DNA of 63,990 nucleotides, the filler included, from an uncultured Methanosarcinales archaeon (GTDB taxonomy: Archaea; Nanobdellota; Nanobdellia; Woesearchaeales; UBA12501), in NCBI GenBank assembly GCA_964397315.1. It is 8 parts of 8 records of this genome, joined end to end, with 100 filler letters (N's around TTAATTAATTAA, not from the genome) between each part and the next. Parts side by side here need not be neighbours in the genome. Positions count along the whole stretch, not along the records: positions 1 to 10,107 come from CAYNHV010000038.1; positions 10,208 to 20,131 come from CAYNHV010000039.1; 6 more parts are not named here. One strand, written 5' to 3'. Position numbers and translations under genes: made by a program. Shown in pieces: positions 9,099-19,282 of the stretch; the first letter of the stretch is position 1; every line of letters begins with the position of its first letter. The notes under the pieces were generated by a model. It was not told the DNA's origin. It searched no databases and saw nothing but the letters and a program-made list of their open reading frames with translations.

Positions 9099-9353
9099 AT
9101 GGCAGAGCTTAGCAAGGAAGTCCAGGAGGTTGTTGAGTGCATAGAGGAGATCCAGTCAGACACGACAATGCCCAAGAACGTGAAGGAAAGGCTTTCCTTT
9201 GTAATAGAGACACTCAACAGCAACGACGAGGACCAGACCATAAGGATAAGCAAGGCTCTTGACAAGATTGAGGAGATAGTGGATGACGCCAATCTTCAGC
9301 CCTACACAAGAACCCAGATATGGAACATTGCCACGCTTCTTGAGACGCTTTGA
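9099..9353 (+). CDS. UPF0147 family protein
   Basis: DTTMPKNVK and DANLQPYTRTQIWNI signature. Confidence 0.85.
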   Translation: MAELSKEVQEVVECIEEIQSDTTMPKNVKERLSFVIETLNSNDEDQTIRISKALDKIEEIVDDANLQPYTRTQIWNIATLLETL

Positions 9354-9412
9354 ACTTATAAGAATTCCTGCAGACCATTAAAAGCAGCTTGATAAATCCT
9401 GCTGCCAGGAAG

Positions 9413-10006
9413 CTATTTTTTCTTTTTCCTCCTGCCTTTCTTTCCGGACATGCTTTTCAGCTTCACTATTTCTGTCTTTGTAAGCACTGAATTAGGCATG
9501 TAAACAGTGTCCCCGTCCCTCGTCTCCAGCTTGGTCTCCAGAAGCGTCACTTCCCTAACCCTGCCCTCTATGCCCCTGACCCTTATCATCTCGCCTTCCT
9601 TTACAAACTTGTTCCTGTACAGGTAGAAGCCCGCGAACACGTTGGGTATGAAATCCTTTATCGCGAGTATGACAGAGATTATAACTATTATTATTATGGC
9701 TGCGGAGAGCATCTGCAGGACAGTGGTTGTCACATTCAGCTGGTTAAGGACCATGATTATGGTTATGAAGTATATGAAGTAGGTTATGAAAACAGAAACC
9801 CCCCTCTCGAGCTTTATGTCAATCCTAGCCCCTTTCTTCAGCACCCTGTCCAGCTCCAGGTCGTGCAGTATCTTGTAGACCACCCTTCCCGCAAGCCTTC
9901 CTATTATGAAGCCTATAAGGAGTATGATCACAGAAGCTATTATCTTGGCATACCATTCCCTGAACAGATTAACAGAATAGTTAAGGAGTGTGTCAAGCAG
10001 GGCCAT
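9413..10006 (-). CDS. Small-conductance mechanosensitive channel (MscS-like)
   Basis: 3 TM helices, KDFIPNVFAG, GIEGRVREVTLLET, MPNS. Confidence 0.85.
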   Translation of the reverse strand: MALLDTLLNYSVNLFREWYAKIIASVIILLIGFIIGRLAGRVVYKILHDLELDRVLKKGARIDIKLERGVSVFITYFIYFITIIMVLNQLNVTTTVLQMLSAAIIIIVIISVILAIKDFIPNVFAGFYLYRNKFVKEGEMIRVRGIEGRVREVTLLETKLETRDGDTVYMPNSVLTKTEIVKLKSMSGKKGRRKKKK

Positions 10007-10107
10007 ATGAAGTTAATTAGACAGGGGGCCTTTATAAACTTTTTTATTGGATGTATGTGCATAGCTAATAATTCTTAGATTTTTATCAATTATATCCTTT
10101 AGTACAA

Positions 10108-10207
10108 NNNNNNNNNNNNNNNNNNNNNNNNNNNNNNNNNNNNNNNNNNNNTTAATTAATTAANNNNNNNNNNNNNNNNNNNNNNNNNNNNNNNNNNNNN
10201 NNNNNNN
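10108..10207. other. Artificial contig linker; the same linker occurs at 20132-20231, 28762-28861, 36916-37015, 44771-44870, 52197-52296 and 59497-59596
   Basis: 100-nt N run with central TTAATTAATTAA six-frame stop. Confidence 0.98.
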
Positions 10208-10318
10208 GGAAAAATCAGTTTGTAATCGCGACAAGGGAGGGGGAGAACTCTGGAGGAATTCCCCTCTTTACAATGAAATCATTCTTAGAGCTCATAAACA
10301 GGGCGAAGGCAATATCAT
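10208..10318 (-). repeat. Mosaic repeat family A, partial copy at contig start
   Basis: Reverse complement closely matches 59326-59432 (GGAATTCCTCCAGAGTTCTCC..CCCTTGTCGCGATTACAAACTGATTTTTCC). Confidence 0.85.
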
Positions 10319-10431
10319 GAGGAATCAGATTTATTCTCCTTAAACTATAAAATCAGGAGATGTTGTAATTTTACATAACGATTAGCAGATATAATACAAA
10401 GAGGATTCACAAAGGCAGCTTTCCCGCAGTA

Positions 10432-11262
10432 TCACTTCTCAAGCCTTTTGACCTCAATGCTTATGGCGTCCTCATTCACCCTGATGTCCTTGGGGCATAC
10501 GAGGAACTCGTAGCCTTTCTCCCTGCAGTACCCTATTATCTTCTCCTTCTCATCCTCGCTTTTGAAGCCTGCAACAACATTCAGGCCCCTGCTTTCCCTG
10601 TGGAATATTCTCACACCTATCTTCTCAAGATCCTCCTTCACTGCCTCTGCTGTCTCCAGGAAGAAGTTCAGCCTCTCCTTGGCTTTCTTAAGCTTCTCAA
10701 GAAGCTTCTCCTCGTCAGGCTTGAACCTGAGTATGGAGTACATCTCCTTTGTCTTCTCAAAATACTCTGACTCGTTTGTTGATATAAAGCCTCCCTCATT
10801 GAAGTTGACAGGCTTCCACTTTCCGAAAGAGCCCACTATGATGTCAGAGTATGTTCCGTTGCACAATGTTGCATCTCCTATTGCTCCTGTGGCATCCTCA
10901 ACCAGCAGGCAGCTGTTCTTCCTGCATATCTCTGATATCCTCTTCAGGGGCTGCTCTGCGTAATACCCTGCAAAGCTTGTTATCAGAAGCCCGGCTCCCT
11001 TCTTGGCGTTCTCCTCAAGGTCTTTTAGGTCAATAACTCCCTTGTCTGTCTTTATCTCCTTGATCCTGAAACCCCACATCTGGGGGTAGGTCTTGAAGCT
11101 TATCCAGCCCCCCTGGTCAGGGACGAGCACAAAAGGCTTGGAGTTGAACCTCTTGAGTATGTATAGCGCGGCAAATATGGCTCCGTTGCCGCAGTTCACC
11201 GGCTTGGCATTCTCGTGCCTTGTGAGCTCCTTCAGCTTGTCAACCACCTTTTCCATATCCAT
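10432..11262 (-). CDS. PLP-dependent aminotransferase-fold protein (DegT/DnrJ-like)
   Basis: GNGAI, PDQGGW, VEDATGAIG, SFGKWKP (PLP lysine); start at MDMEKV. Confidence 0.75.
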   Translation of the reverse strand: MDMEKVVDKLKELTRHENAKPVNCGNGAIFAALYILKRFNSKPFVLVPDQGGWISFKTYPQMWGFRIKEIKTDKGVIDLKDLEENAKKGAGLLITSFAGYYAEQPLKRISEICRKNSCLLVEDATGAIGDATLCNGTYSDIIVGSFGKWKPVNFNEGGFISTNESEYFEKTKEMYSILRFKPDEEKLLEKLKKAKERLNFFLETAEAVKEDLEKIGVRIFHRESRGLNVVAGFKSEDEKEKIIGYCREKGYEFLVCPKDIRVNEDAISIEVKRLEK

Positions 11263-11367
11263 GAGTTCAGGAAGGTGGTTTATAAATTTTGTCAGGCATG
11301 GGGCAGAGCTTTCTGGGGATGCGGAAAACAAAAGATTTATATATAACACTTTACGTGATTGCAGGTC

Positions 11368-12198
11368 ATGAGCCAAAAAAGAGGCCAGGTGAGCGTATTC
11401 ATAATAATAGGGATAGTTGTTCTTGCGATTGTGGGAGTTATCATTTACATAAGCGGGATGGGGGCAGAGGATGTCAAGAAAGAAGCTGAGGAGGTCCCCT
11501 ATGACATCACGCCCCTAAAGAGCTTCGCGAACAGCTGCATCAAGGAGACCATGAACAAGGCATTCTACCTTCTGGGTTATGGGGGAGGAAACATCTACAT
11601 TCCTGAGAATAACCTGAGAGTAAGAACATACAACACATCATACGGATATTATCTTGGCGAGCCAAATGTGCCTTCTCTGTACGGGATCTCATCAGAGATT
11701 GAATATTACATGAGGAACAATATTGATAACTGCACAAACAATTTCAGCAGCTTTCCGGACTATAAGGTGACAGGAGATATAGAAAACGTGAGGCTGGACT
11801 TCACTGACGAGAAGGTCCTTTACAGCGTGGATTATCCCCTGACCATAAGAAAGGGCTCTTCCACATCAAAAGTGTCTGACTTCGGGGGAGAGCTGAACAT
11901 AAGAATGAGAAAGATTCACGGCATGATGGACAGCATGGTGAATACCTCAGTATCAATTGCGCCGTATCTTGTTGACATTGACGCGATAAGGGAAAGCGGC
12001 ATGAATGTTACAGCCATATCCTTTCCGGACAACAATATCCTGTATGTGATAAGGGACTCCATGTCAAGGCTTTATGACGAGGATTACACTTTCGTTTTCG
12101 CCAGCAAGGTGGGGCCTGAGTACAACATAAGCACAGATGGCGTCAGGCTGAGGATCAGAGAAGGGACAGCATACGCTGACTTCTCCCAGGGGCAGTAA
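11368..12198 (+). CDS. Pilin-like protein with class III signal peptide
   Basis: KRGQ-VSVFIIIGIVV N-terminus typical of DPANN prepilin-like proteins. Confidence 0.7.
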   Translation: MSQKRGQVSVFIIIGIVVLAIVGVIIYISGMGAEDVKKEAEEVPYDITPLKSFANSCIKETMNKAFYLLGYGGGNIYIPENNLRVRTYNTSYGYYLGEPNVPSLYGISSEIEYYMRNNIDNCTNNFSSFPDYKVTGDIENVRLDFTDEKVLYSVDYPLTIRKGSSTSKVSDFGGELNIRMRKIHGMMDSMVNTSVSIAPYLVDIDAIRESGMNVTAISFPDNNILYVIRDSMSRLYDEDYTFVFASKVGPEYNISTDGVRLRIREGTAYADFSQGQ

Positions 12199-12237
12199 CA
12201 CAAAAAATTTATATATTCAGGAGTAATAATAAGAAAA

Positions 12238-13509
12238 ATGGACAGCAAAAAAAAGCAGAGCATTCCACTGGCCATCGCATTGATAATTCTTGCAGCAGCA
12301 GTCATAATAGCGCAGGATTATATCTCAAGTGATTCAGGAAGTGTTTATGGGAGCGCGGAGGTGATGCAAAGCCCGTTACAAGACAGCCTGGCTGAAGGCG
12401 TTGCTGAAGGGGCAACTGAAGGAGGAACCGGCTCAGAGACTGAAATAAACTATGAGGAAGAGGATTGGGAGAACTTTAACTGGGAAGAGAATGGTGATGA
12501 TGTTGACCAGTCTAAGATTCCTCCAGAGGGCATTCAACACATCCCTCCGGAGTACATTGACGTGAACGAGGTAAGCGACCAGGGCAGCATAACTACAGAG
12601 CAATGGGAGCATGGTAATAATCTGCAGAATTGCAATAATCTGAATGATCCTTCTAATGATGCTGCAAGAGAAGCCTTTAACAACAGATATGATGTTGAGC
12701 TTGACAGTGCAGCAGGTACTGGTGCTACTGTCACATTTGACGGTCAGCACCTAGTTAACGGCGATCATACACTGGATATAAGCATGGATGAACTGGATGG
12801 TTCTATAGTGACAGCCAATGCAGACGGCAGCTTTGATATAAGGCCTCAACAAGGCTGGGGGGATGTAACAGAATATGAGATAGGCAATCCCACTCTCAAT
12901 TATGGAAGAGGAACCTTTGAATTTGATGATAATTACCCAAACAATGGAGTGACTATAAATCCTGACGGAAGCTTCGCTCTGGACCAGGGAGTAGGCTATA
13001 CCTATGAGTCAGGTCTTGGAGTAACAAACACAGGAGCCAATCCAACCACATTTACAACAGGAACAGCCCCAGCTAACATCCATGGTGATGAAAACCATGT
13101 TTATATTGACAATGATGGAGTGCATTATTATAATTTAGATAATCCTGGCGATGAAGTGGTATTCAACTGCAATAATTGCGGAGAAGATGGGGTGGCGGTC
13201 TATGAAGGCACGAATATTGCCACCATGGAAAGAATCATGCCCGGAAACGATGGTTTGACTATTGGCTCAGAAGGAACGCCAGTCGCCTCTACAGACACTG
13301 AAACTGCCCCTGATGGTCCTGGAGAAGAGGATGCACCTGTGCAGCAGCCAGCAGCAGAGGAAGAAATGGAGGCAGCATTTTCAGACCTTAATAGTGGGGG
13401 TTGTATTAGCTGTATAGAGGAAAATAATTGTCGCTATGCAAACGTTAATGAAAGAATCTTATGTATAAGAAATCACTGCAACTCTCCTTGTGGTGGTAGC
13501 ACCGACTAA
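12238..13509 (+). CDS. Secreted or surface acidic protein with Cys-rich C-terminus
   Basis: N-terminal signal/TM, D/E/G/N/T-rich beta-type body, CISC..CRY..LCIRNHCNSPC. Confidence 0.65.
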   Translation: MDSKKKQSIPLAIALIILAAAVIIAQDYISSDSGSVYGSAEVMQSPLQDSLAEGVAEGATEGGTGSETEINYEEEDWENFNWEENGDDVDQSKIPPEGIQHIPPEYIDVNEVSDQGSITTEQWEHGNNLQNCNNLNDPSNDAAREAFNNRYDVELDSAAGTGATVTFDGQHLVNGDHTLDISMDELDGSIVTANADGSFDIRPQQGWGDVTEYEIGNPTLNYGRGTFEFDDNYPNNGVTINPDGSFALDQGVGYTYESGLGVTNTGANPTTFTTGTAPANIHGDENHVYIDNDGVHYYNLDNPGDEVVFNCNNCGEDGVAVYEGTNIATMERIMPGNDGLTIGSEGTPVASTDTETAPDGPGEEDAPVQQPAAEEEMEAAFSDLNSGGCISCIEENNCRYANVNERILCIRNHCNSPCGGSTD

Positions 13510-13513
13510 AACA

Positions 13514-14401
13514 TCACTTCTTCACAGCATCATAAGCCCTTTGCAATCCAGAATTCTCAGAAATAGCATATATAACCCAATCCCTTGATTCAGGGCTGTA
13601 GTCTGCCTGCGCAGAGTACGCCTCCTTCTCTGTATGAGGGTAGAAGTGGTGCATTCTCTCGTGGACTATTGATGACCTGACCAGAAAGCCGAGGAATTCC
13701 TCCCTGAATGCACCATAGTCTGTGAAAGGTCCTGTCCAGCTGAAAGGGCGCTCTTCTGCCCTTTTCTTTATTGCTGAGTAGAGCCTTTTCGCAGCCGCAT
13801 CCTTTGCGTCAGAGGGCTCTTTGTTCTCCAGCTCTTTCCCGTCCTCATAGACTTTCCTGCACTCATCATCAAGCTTTGTGAGGTTTATGTAGGAAGTGTC
13901 ATTGGACTTGCTCCAGAAAGCCAGCTTGCCAGAAAATCCTATAACATCATTGTATGTCTCCATATCCTGCCTAAAGAGCACAATCCTGTAGTCAACATTC
14001 CAGCCGTCATGTGAGAAGCTCTCCCTCCACTCGTCTGCGATGCTTCCGAGTGTTATGTTGTCCACGCTTTTTTTGTTTATAGAAGGCCGCTTATCATACA
14101 CCTTGCCATGATCTTCAAAAAAGTCCCTCTGGATACGATAATCCTCAATGCGCCTGCCGTCCATGCTGGCTTCAGGAAAGTGCTTTTCTCCAAATTCAAC
14201 CACAGCAGACCATGCATCTATCTGCTCATCAAGTGAGGCCCTGCCAGCATACTGGTTGTTCCTCACATCATTAAATTCCAGCATCAGCTCCCACAGCTTG
14301 TCAAATGGGCTTTCTGCCAGCTCATTAAGGCCCTTTAAAGCACCAGCCCCTGCTGCTGCTATTCCCACTGTCTTGAGGAAGCTTCTCCTATCCACTTTCA
14401 T
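13514..14401 (-). CDS. Tat-signal protein with HExxH motif
   Basis: MKVDRRSFLK twin-arginine motif; VHERMHH...EKEAY zincin-like motif. Confidence 0.65.
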   Translation of the reverse strand: MKVDRRSFLKTVGIAAAGAGALKGLNELAESPFDKLWELMLEFNDVRNNQYAGRASLDEQIDAWSAVVEFGEKHFPEASMDGRRIEDYRIQRDFFEDHGKVYDKRPSINKKSVDNITLGSIADEWRESFSHDGWNVDYRIVLFRQDMETYNDVIGFSGKLAFWSKSNDTSYINLTKLDDECRKVYEDGKELENKEPSDAKDAAAKRLYSAIKKRAEERPFSWTGPFTDYGAFREEFLGFLVRSSIVHERMHHFYPHTEKEAYSAQADYSPESRDWVIYAISENSGLQRAYDAVKK

Positions 14402-14531
14402 CACCTTCCAGGAGCTTTGATGCAGCTGACTCAAAGAAGTGGCTCTTGTTCCTGAACTCCCTGCTGCGCATCCTCTCAAATACCTTCAGCAGGACTTTCT
14501 CGTCTATTGTTATGGATATCTTGTGCTTCAT
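14388..14531 (-). CDS. Ribbon-helix-helix (CopG-like) regulator, 47 aa, missing from the ORF track
   Basis: MKHKISITIDEKVLLKVFERMRSREFRNKSHFFESAASKLLEGDESG. Confidence 0.75.
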   Translation of the reverse strand: MKHKISITIDEKVLLKVFERMRSREFRNKSHFFESAASKLLEGDESG

Positions 14532-14683
14532 AAGGCGTGTATTGTACTACTCCTATTTAAATCTTTCTATTATTATTTACTAATTAGTGGTAAATATTGA
14601 CAAACACAAGCCATGCAGGTTTACCCTGCTGCAGAGGCGCGGAAAACGCAATATTTAGATATTTAAAGCCCTACCCTGCAGGA

Positions 14684-15199
14684 ATGCGCAGCTCAGACTA
14701 CTACAACTCAATCTCAGAGGGTTATGAAGAGCTCCACATAGAGGAGCAGAAGGCCAAATTAAGGCTCATAAAGGATGAGATAAGCAGGTTGTGGGGCTTT
14801 GAGAACATCCACACCATACTTGACGTGGGCTGCGGAACAGGCATAACAAGCGATTTCAGGGAGTACAATATTGAGGTGACAGGAGCAGACCCTGCCAAAA
14901 ACCTTCTTGAAAAGGCCAGAGAAAAAGGCATTAAGACAGTCAGGGCAGAGGCAGAGAGCCTGCCATTCAGGAACAGCAGCTTTGACCTTGTGACAAGCAT
15001 AACAGCAATACAGAACTTCAATAACATAGAAAAGGGCCTGAAAGAGATAAGAAGGGTGGGAAAGGGCATGTTCTGCCTCAGCTTCCTAAAAAAATCAAAG
15101 AAAAGAGATGCAATAAAAGGCCTGATAGACAAAATATTTAAAACAGAGAAAAAAGTTGAGGAGGACAAGGACATTATAATATTGGCATCAAAGAGGTGA
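14684..15199 (+). CDS. Class I SAM-dependent methyltransferase
   Basis: ILDVGCGTG, AESLPF, SFDLV. Confidence 0.9.
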   Translation: MRSSDYYNSISEGYEELHIEEQKAKLRLIKDEISRLWGFENIHTILDVGCGTGITSDFREYNIEVTGADPAKNLLEKAREKGIKTVRAEAESLPFRNSSFDLVTSITAIQNFNNIEKGLKEIRRVGKGMFCLSFLKKSKKRDAIKGLIDKIFKTEKKVEEDKDIIILASKR

Positions 15200-15203
15200 C
15201 AAC

Positions 15204-15695
15204 ATGAAGATACCATACCCAAGGCAGGTTGTTCTCGTAAGCTCAAGGGCAGAAGCAGAGGTAATGGGAAAAAGGCAGGAGAAGCAGGACATAATAACCC
15301 TCAGCTGGAGCATGCCTGTGTCATTCCAGCCAGAGCTTTACGCAATAGCAGTCGGAAAGCAGAGGTTCTCCTACAGGCTGATAAAAGAGTCAGGCGTTTT
15401 CTGCGTGAACTTCATGCCTTATGAGCTCAAAGACAAGGCCTTGTTCTGCGGCAGGAACACAGGAGAGCATATGGACAAGTTCTCAGAGTCCGGCTTCACA
15501 CCAGAGGAATGCGAAAAGATACACTGCCCAAGGATAAAGGAGGCCCTTGCTTTCATGGAATGTGAAGTAAAGGATGAAATAGAGGCAGGGGATCATGCCA
15601 TATTCATCGGAGAGGTCATGAAGTCAGCAGAAAAGAAGAAAGGAAAAAGGCTCTTCCACCTGGGAGGGGACAGGTTCACGACAACAGAGGAATAA
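15204..15695 (+). CDS. Flavin reductase-like protein
   Basis: WSMPVSFQP, FCVNF, CGRNTG..DKF, AGDHAIFIGEV. Confidence 0.88.
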   Translation: MKIPYPRQVVLVSSRAEAEVMGKRQEKQDIITLSWSMPVSFQPELYAIAVGKQRFSYRLIKESGVFCVNFMPYELKDKALFCGRNTGEHMDKFSESGFTPEECEKIHCPRIKEALAFMECEVKDEIEAGDHAIFIGEVMKSAEKKKGKRLFHLGGDRFTTTEE

Positions 15696-15746
15696 TAAGG
15701 GATAGCCTGAGGGCATCATTTTCAATAACTTTTTATATATAAACTG

Positions 15747-16256
15747 ATGCCTGAGGTCATAATGAACATCCAGAATATGCAGAAGATAAACGAGCTCGCA
15801 AGGCAGCTTGTTGACAAGGGAGTCTATGAGAGCATGGAGGAGGCCACAAAACAGGCTGAGATAATGGTCAACAAGGGAGACTCAGGCATATCAAGCGTGC
15901 TCGGAACTGAGAAGCAGGCACAAGCCAAGGAGGGTGCAGGCCAGCAGGCAGAAGAGGATGACCTCAGGCTCCAGCTGAGAAAGGTCTCAAACCAGGTCAA
16001 GGAACAGTCAAGGATCATAAGCGAGCTCAGGGAGCAGCTCAACAGCCTTCTGAAGGACATAGAGAGGATGAAGTCATCCGAGAAAAAGCAGGAGCAGCAG
16101 CCAAGCGTGATTGAGAGGGAGAAGGAGTCAGGAGATGACCAGACAAGGCTGAGCAAGGATGCAACAGAAAAGAAGTCCCATGCAAGATCAGGAAAGTATG
16201 AGTCAGATGACGTGTCAATAGAGAGATTCTTCTACTCAGGCCCTCCAAAGGAATAA
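15747..16256 (+). CDS. Conserved DPANN hypothetical coiled-coil protein
   Basis: C-terminal HARSGKYESDDVSIERFFYSG motif; host-like codon usage. Confidence 0.65.
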   Translation: MPEVIMNIQNMQKINELARQLVDKGVYESMEEATKQAEIMVNKGDSGISSVLGTEKQAQAKEGAGQQAEEDDLRLQLRKVSNQVKEQSRIISELREQLNSLLKDIERMKSSEKKQEQQPSVIEREKESGDDQTRLSKDATEKKSHARSGKYESDDVSIERFFYSGPPKE

Positions 16257-16420
16257 TGTCAAAAACCACCGGTCAGAGACCGGTGGCATGAAGCGAAAGC
16301 TTCATTCTCATTCTTTATTGACCTGTGGTTTTTGAGCATGCTCAGAAATATACCCTCTGCGGATATGCCTTTGTGGACTTTGTCCACTGGTTAAATAAAC
16401 CAGTGGTATATTTCTGACAT
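16256..16420. repeat. Multi-hairpin palindromic element (MITE/REP-like)
   Basis: Arms TCAAAAACCAC/GTGGTTTTTGA and TCAGAAATATACC/GGTATATTTCTGA; inner hairpins CCACCGGTC-AGA-GACCGGTGG, ATGAAGC-GAAA-GCTTCAT, CCACTGGTT/AACCAGTGG. Confidence 0.7.
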
Positions 16421-16637
16421 ATGAAAGAGCGCAAGTGTATACTTAAGTATATAAATTTTTAAATAGTAACTGTGACTATTTCGGAATAATAATCAGTGTT
16501 TAAAAAAGAGGTCTGGAAGGGCATTAAGCTTTTTTAGAGCTCAGAAGCTTCTAACAGGGCCTGATAAACCTCAAAAAAGCCCTATTTGCCCGGAACAGGA
16601 TTAGATGGCGCTTACAAGCTCAAGGGGGTAGCAAAAA

Positions 16638-18635
16638 ATGGTTAAGAAAGCATTACTGGCTGTGATTCTCTTAATAGTCATGATTCTGGCAGGCTCAACA
16701 GCGCTTGCTGTCAAGAATATAAACATAACAGATTCTGAAGTTGTTGTCACAGGCACAGGAGGGGAAAAGACAGGAGAGGTCAATGTGATGAACACAGGCA
16801 ATGAGTCTGTCAACGTGACACTGGACTCAACAATCCTGCTTGACGATGCAGGACATTCCCTTGAGCTCTCAGGCTTCAGCAGGATACAGAACCTCCAGCC
16901 CGGAAGTACAGCCCAGTCCACATTCACAGCAGACCTTGACAACAACGCAGGAAACTACACAGGAATAATAACCGCGGATGCAGAAGGCGTGTCTGACTCT
17001 GTCATGGTGAGAGTAGAGATAAAGGACAACAAGCTGGACATGAGCGTGCCCTCAAGCATAATAGACTCAACAAAGGCAGACGAGGAATTTAAGCAGGTCA
17101 TTGAGGTCAACAACAGGAGAAACAAGGATGTGAGGGGTGTCATAACAAAGTCAGGATATGACGGCCTTAGCTTCTCTGTTGATAAGGAAGGCCCTTATGT
17201 TTTCCCGGCCCTGTCAAAGACTAAAATAACCTCAACAGTGGGTGTTCCTGCAGGAGCAAAAGCAGGCGCATACACAGGAAAGGTAAAAATAGTGACAGAC
17301 TCCAAAAATTACACAACAACGCTCCAGACTCTGGTGGAGAACACTTACAAGGCGGATGTGGCCCCGCCCTCAATAAGCGTTGACCCAGGAAGCTCCTCAT
17401 CAGGAAACATTAAGATAACCAACAAGGGAAACGTGAACCTCACAGGGCTTTCCATAATCAACATCCCCCAGCTGATTGATGATGACGGGGATGAGATCAA
17501 CATAACAGTCAGCCCCAACAGCAGCATTGACGTCAATGTGGGTGAGACAAAGACAGTGAGCCTCAAGGCATCCGCCTCTCCAAAAATGGACTCAGGAGAC
17601 CATGACGGAACAATGAAGCTGTCAGGAACAGGCATCAGCAAGGAATTCAGCTTCACTGTCAACGTGAGGGACATACTCCAGATAAGCGACCTTGACATAA
17701 GCGATGACGATATCAAGGTGGGAGAGAAGTTTGACATTGATGTTGAGGTTGAGAACATAGCAGGGGAGATAGACCTTGAGGACGTGGAGATAAAGGTTTA
17801 TCTTGTGCATGATGGAAGCAGGCTTGAGGATGACGATGGTGATGATATTGAGGATGAGTCAGAAAGGTTTGACCTTGACGCAGAAGACTACCATACGGTT
17901 ACTTTTGACTTCAAGCTGCCGTACCATCTAAGTGATGGTGACAAGGTGAAGGTGCACATTGAGGCAACAGGAGAGAATGCAGAGGACAGCTCAGAGGAGT
18001 ACAAGGTTGTTGACGAGTCCCTTGAGATAACAGCAGAGAAGGAGGATCATGAGCTTGAGTTCTACAGGGTAAAGTTTGACGCTGACACCCTCAGCTGCTC
18101 AAGAAGCACCTACCTCAGGGTTGGCGTGAGAAACATAGGCGACAATGACGAGGATGACGTGGAGCTTGCAGTGGAGAACGCAGAGCTCGGAATAAGCAAG
18201 CACGAGATATTTGACCTCAGCAACGACCCTGATGATGACGAGTTTGAGGAGGAGAAATCATTCCTTCTCAATCTTGAGGATGCCCCGACAGGAACATACG
18301 AGATGAGGATAACAGTCTACTACGATGATGATGACGAGAAGGAAGTGACAACAGCAACCCTTGAGGTGAAGGACTGCGTCACAACCACGCCTGACACAGG
18401 AGACACAGGCACCAGCGGCACAGAAGAGGAGGAGCAGGTCAACTTCACCTATTCAGGAGGGAAAGAAACAACAGCGCCTTCAGTGACAGCAAAGGCAGTC
18501 TCGCCAAAGATAACATCAACAAGGGACTCAGGAGACTGGACAGACAGCGCGGCATTCCTGGGAATAGTCGGAGCTGCAAACGTGCTGCTGCTCATAATGA
18601 TCGTGCTCGCAGTTGTCTATCTTGTGAAGAAATAA
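16638..18635 (+). CDS. Putative S-layer/surface protein with tandem Ig-like (CARDB-like) domains
   Basis: Signal peptide, repeated NTGN/NKGN/NIGD Ig motifs, T-rich linker, C-terminal TM followed by KK. Confidence 0.8.
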   Translation: MVKKALLAVILLIVMILAGSTALAVKNINITDSEVVVTGTGGEKTGEVNVMNTGNESVNVTLDSTILLDDAGHSLELSGFSRIQNLQPGSTAQSTFTADLDNNAGNYTGIITADAEGVSDSVMVRVEIKDNKLDMSVPSSIIDSTKADEEFKQVIEVNNRRNKDVRGVITKSGYDGLSFSVDKEGPYVFPALSKTKITSTVGVPAGAKAGAYTGKVKIVTDSKNYTTTLQTLVENTYKADVAPPSISVDPGSSSSGNIKITNKGNVNLTGLSIINIPQLIDDDGDEINITVSPNSSIDVNVGETKTVSLKASASPKMDSGDHDGTMKLSGTGISKEFSFTVNVRDILQISDLDISDDDIKVGEKFDIDVEVENIAGEIDLEDVEIKVYLVHDGSRLEDDDGDDIEDESERFDLDAEDYHTVTFDFKLPYHLSDGDKVKVHIEATGENAEDSSEEYKVVDESLEITAEKEDHELEFYRVKFDADTLSCSRSTYLRVGVRNIGDNDEDDVELAVENAELGISKHEIFDLSNDPDDDEFEEEKSFLLNLEDAPTGTYEMRITVYYDDDDEKEVTTATLEVKDCVTTTPDTGDTGTSGTEEEEQVNFTYSGGKETTAPSVTAKAVSPKITSTRDSGDWTDSAAFLGIVGAANVLLLIMIVLAVVYLVKK

Positions 18636-18638
18636 GTT

Positions 18639-19220
18639 TTATTCTTTTTTTTCCCTTTTCTTTATCCTTTTGTAAAACACCGCTATCTTGCCCCCTGTCC
18701 TCTCATGCTTTTTATTTGCCAGCCCCGCAACAATCCTGAGGTAATCATCACCAACAATGAGCCTGCCTTCTTTTGCAACAGGAAGCTCTATCCTCTCTGT
18801 GTCAGTTATCTCAACCATGAGCCTCCTGCTGGCAGCGGCAATCCCTGACCTCCTGAAGCCTGACTTGACTGCAGATTCAACCAGCCAAGAGGCAGCCCCT
18901 AGTGTCCTGCAGCACACGTGCAGTATCATGCCCTCCTTCTTCAGCCACACAGGCTCCCTGGGCAGCCTCTCAAGGCCCTTTTTCAGCTGCCTTAGATTGA
19001 CTTTGTTATGGGTGACAAACAGCCATTCAGACTCATGCTTTTTCCCGCTCTCAGGAACCCTGATCAGCATTGTCCTTCCAGAGCACGAGCTTGTGGTGTA
19101 GAAGTCAGGCAGCCTGTTGAGGGCCTCCACAAGCCGCCTTATGCGCGGGTCTATTGACCTCTTCCTGGACCTGTCCATCCTGCCAAGGCGCAGTGATTTC
19201 TCACGCTCAAATCCCGCCAT
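18639..19220 (-). CDS. taw3: tRNA(Phe) wyosine methyltransferase Taw3/TYW3
   Basis: DFYTTSSCSGR, WLFVTH, ILHV, GFRRSG. Confidence 0.92.
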   Translation of the reverse strand: MAGFEREKSLRLGRMDRSRKRSIDPRIRRLVEALNRLPDFYTTSSCSGRTMLIRVPESGKKHESEWLFVTHNKVNLRQLKKGLERLPREPVWLKKEGMILHVCCRTLGAASWLVESAVKSGFRRSGIAAASRRLMVEITDTERIELPVAKEGRLIVGDDYLRIVAGLANKKHERTGGKIAVFYKRIKKREKKE

Positions 19221-19282
19221 GCAGGTGGCGGATTAAGCAGGGTTTATATGTTTTATGAAAGAATTGAATGCCGGAGCAGTTT

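Noticed and set aside
10432..11376. Extended N-termini in the ORF track (also rpl1, endA, trm5, trxA, the pilus ATPase, the methyltransferase)
   Set aside because: The extensions run through TATA boxes or neighbouring genes, so downstream ATGs were used instead.
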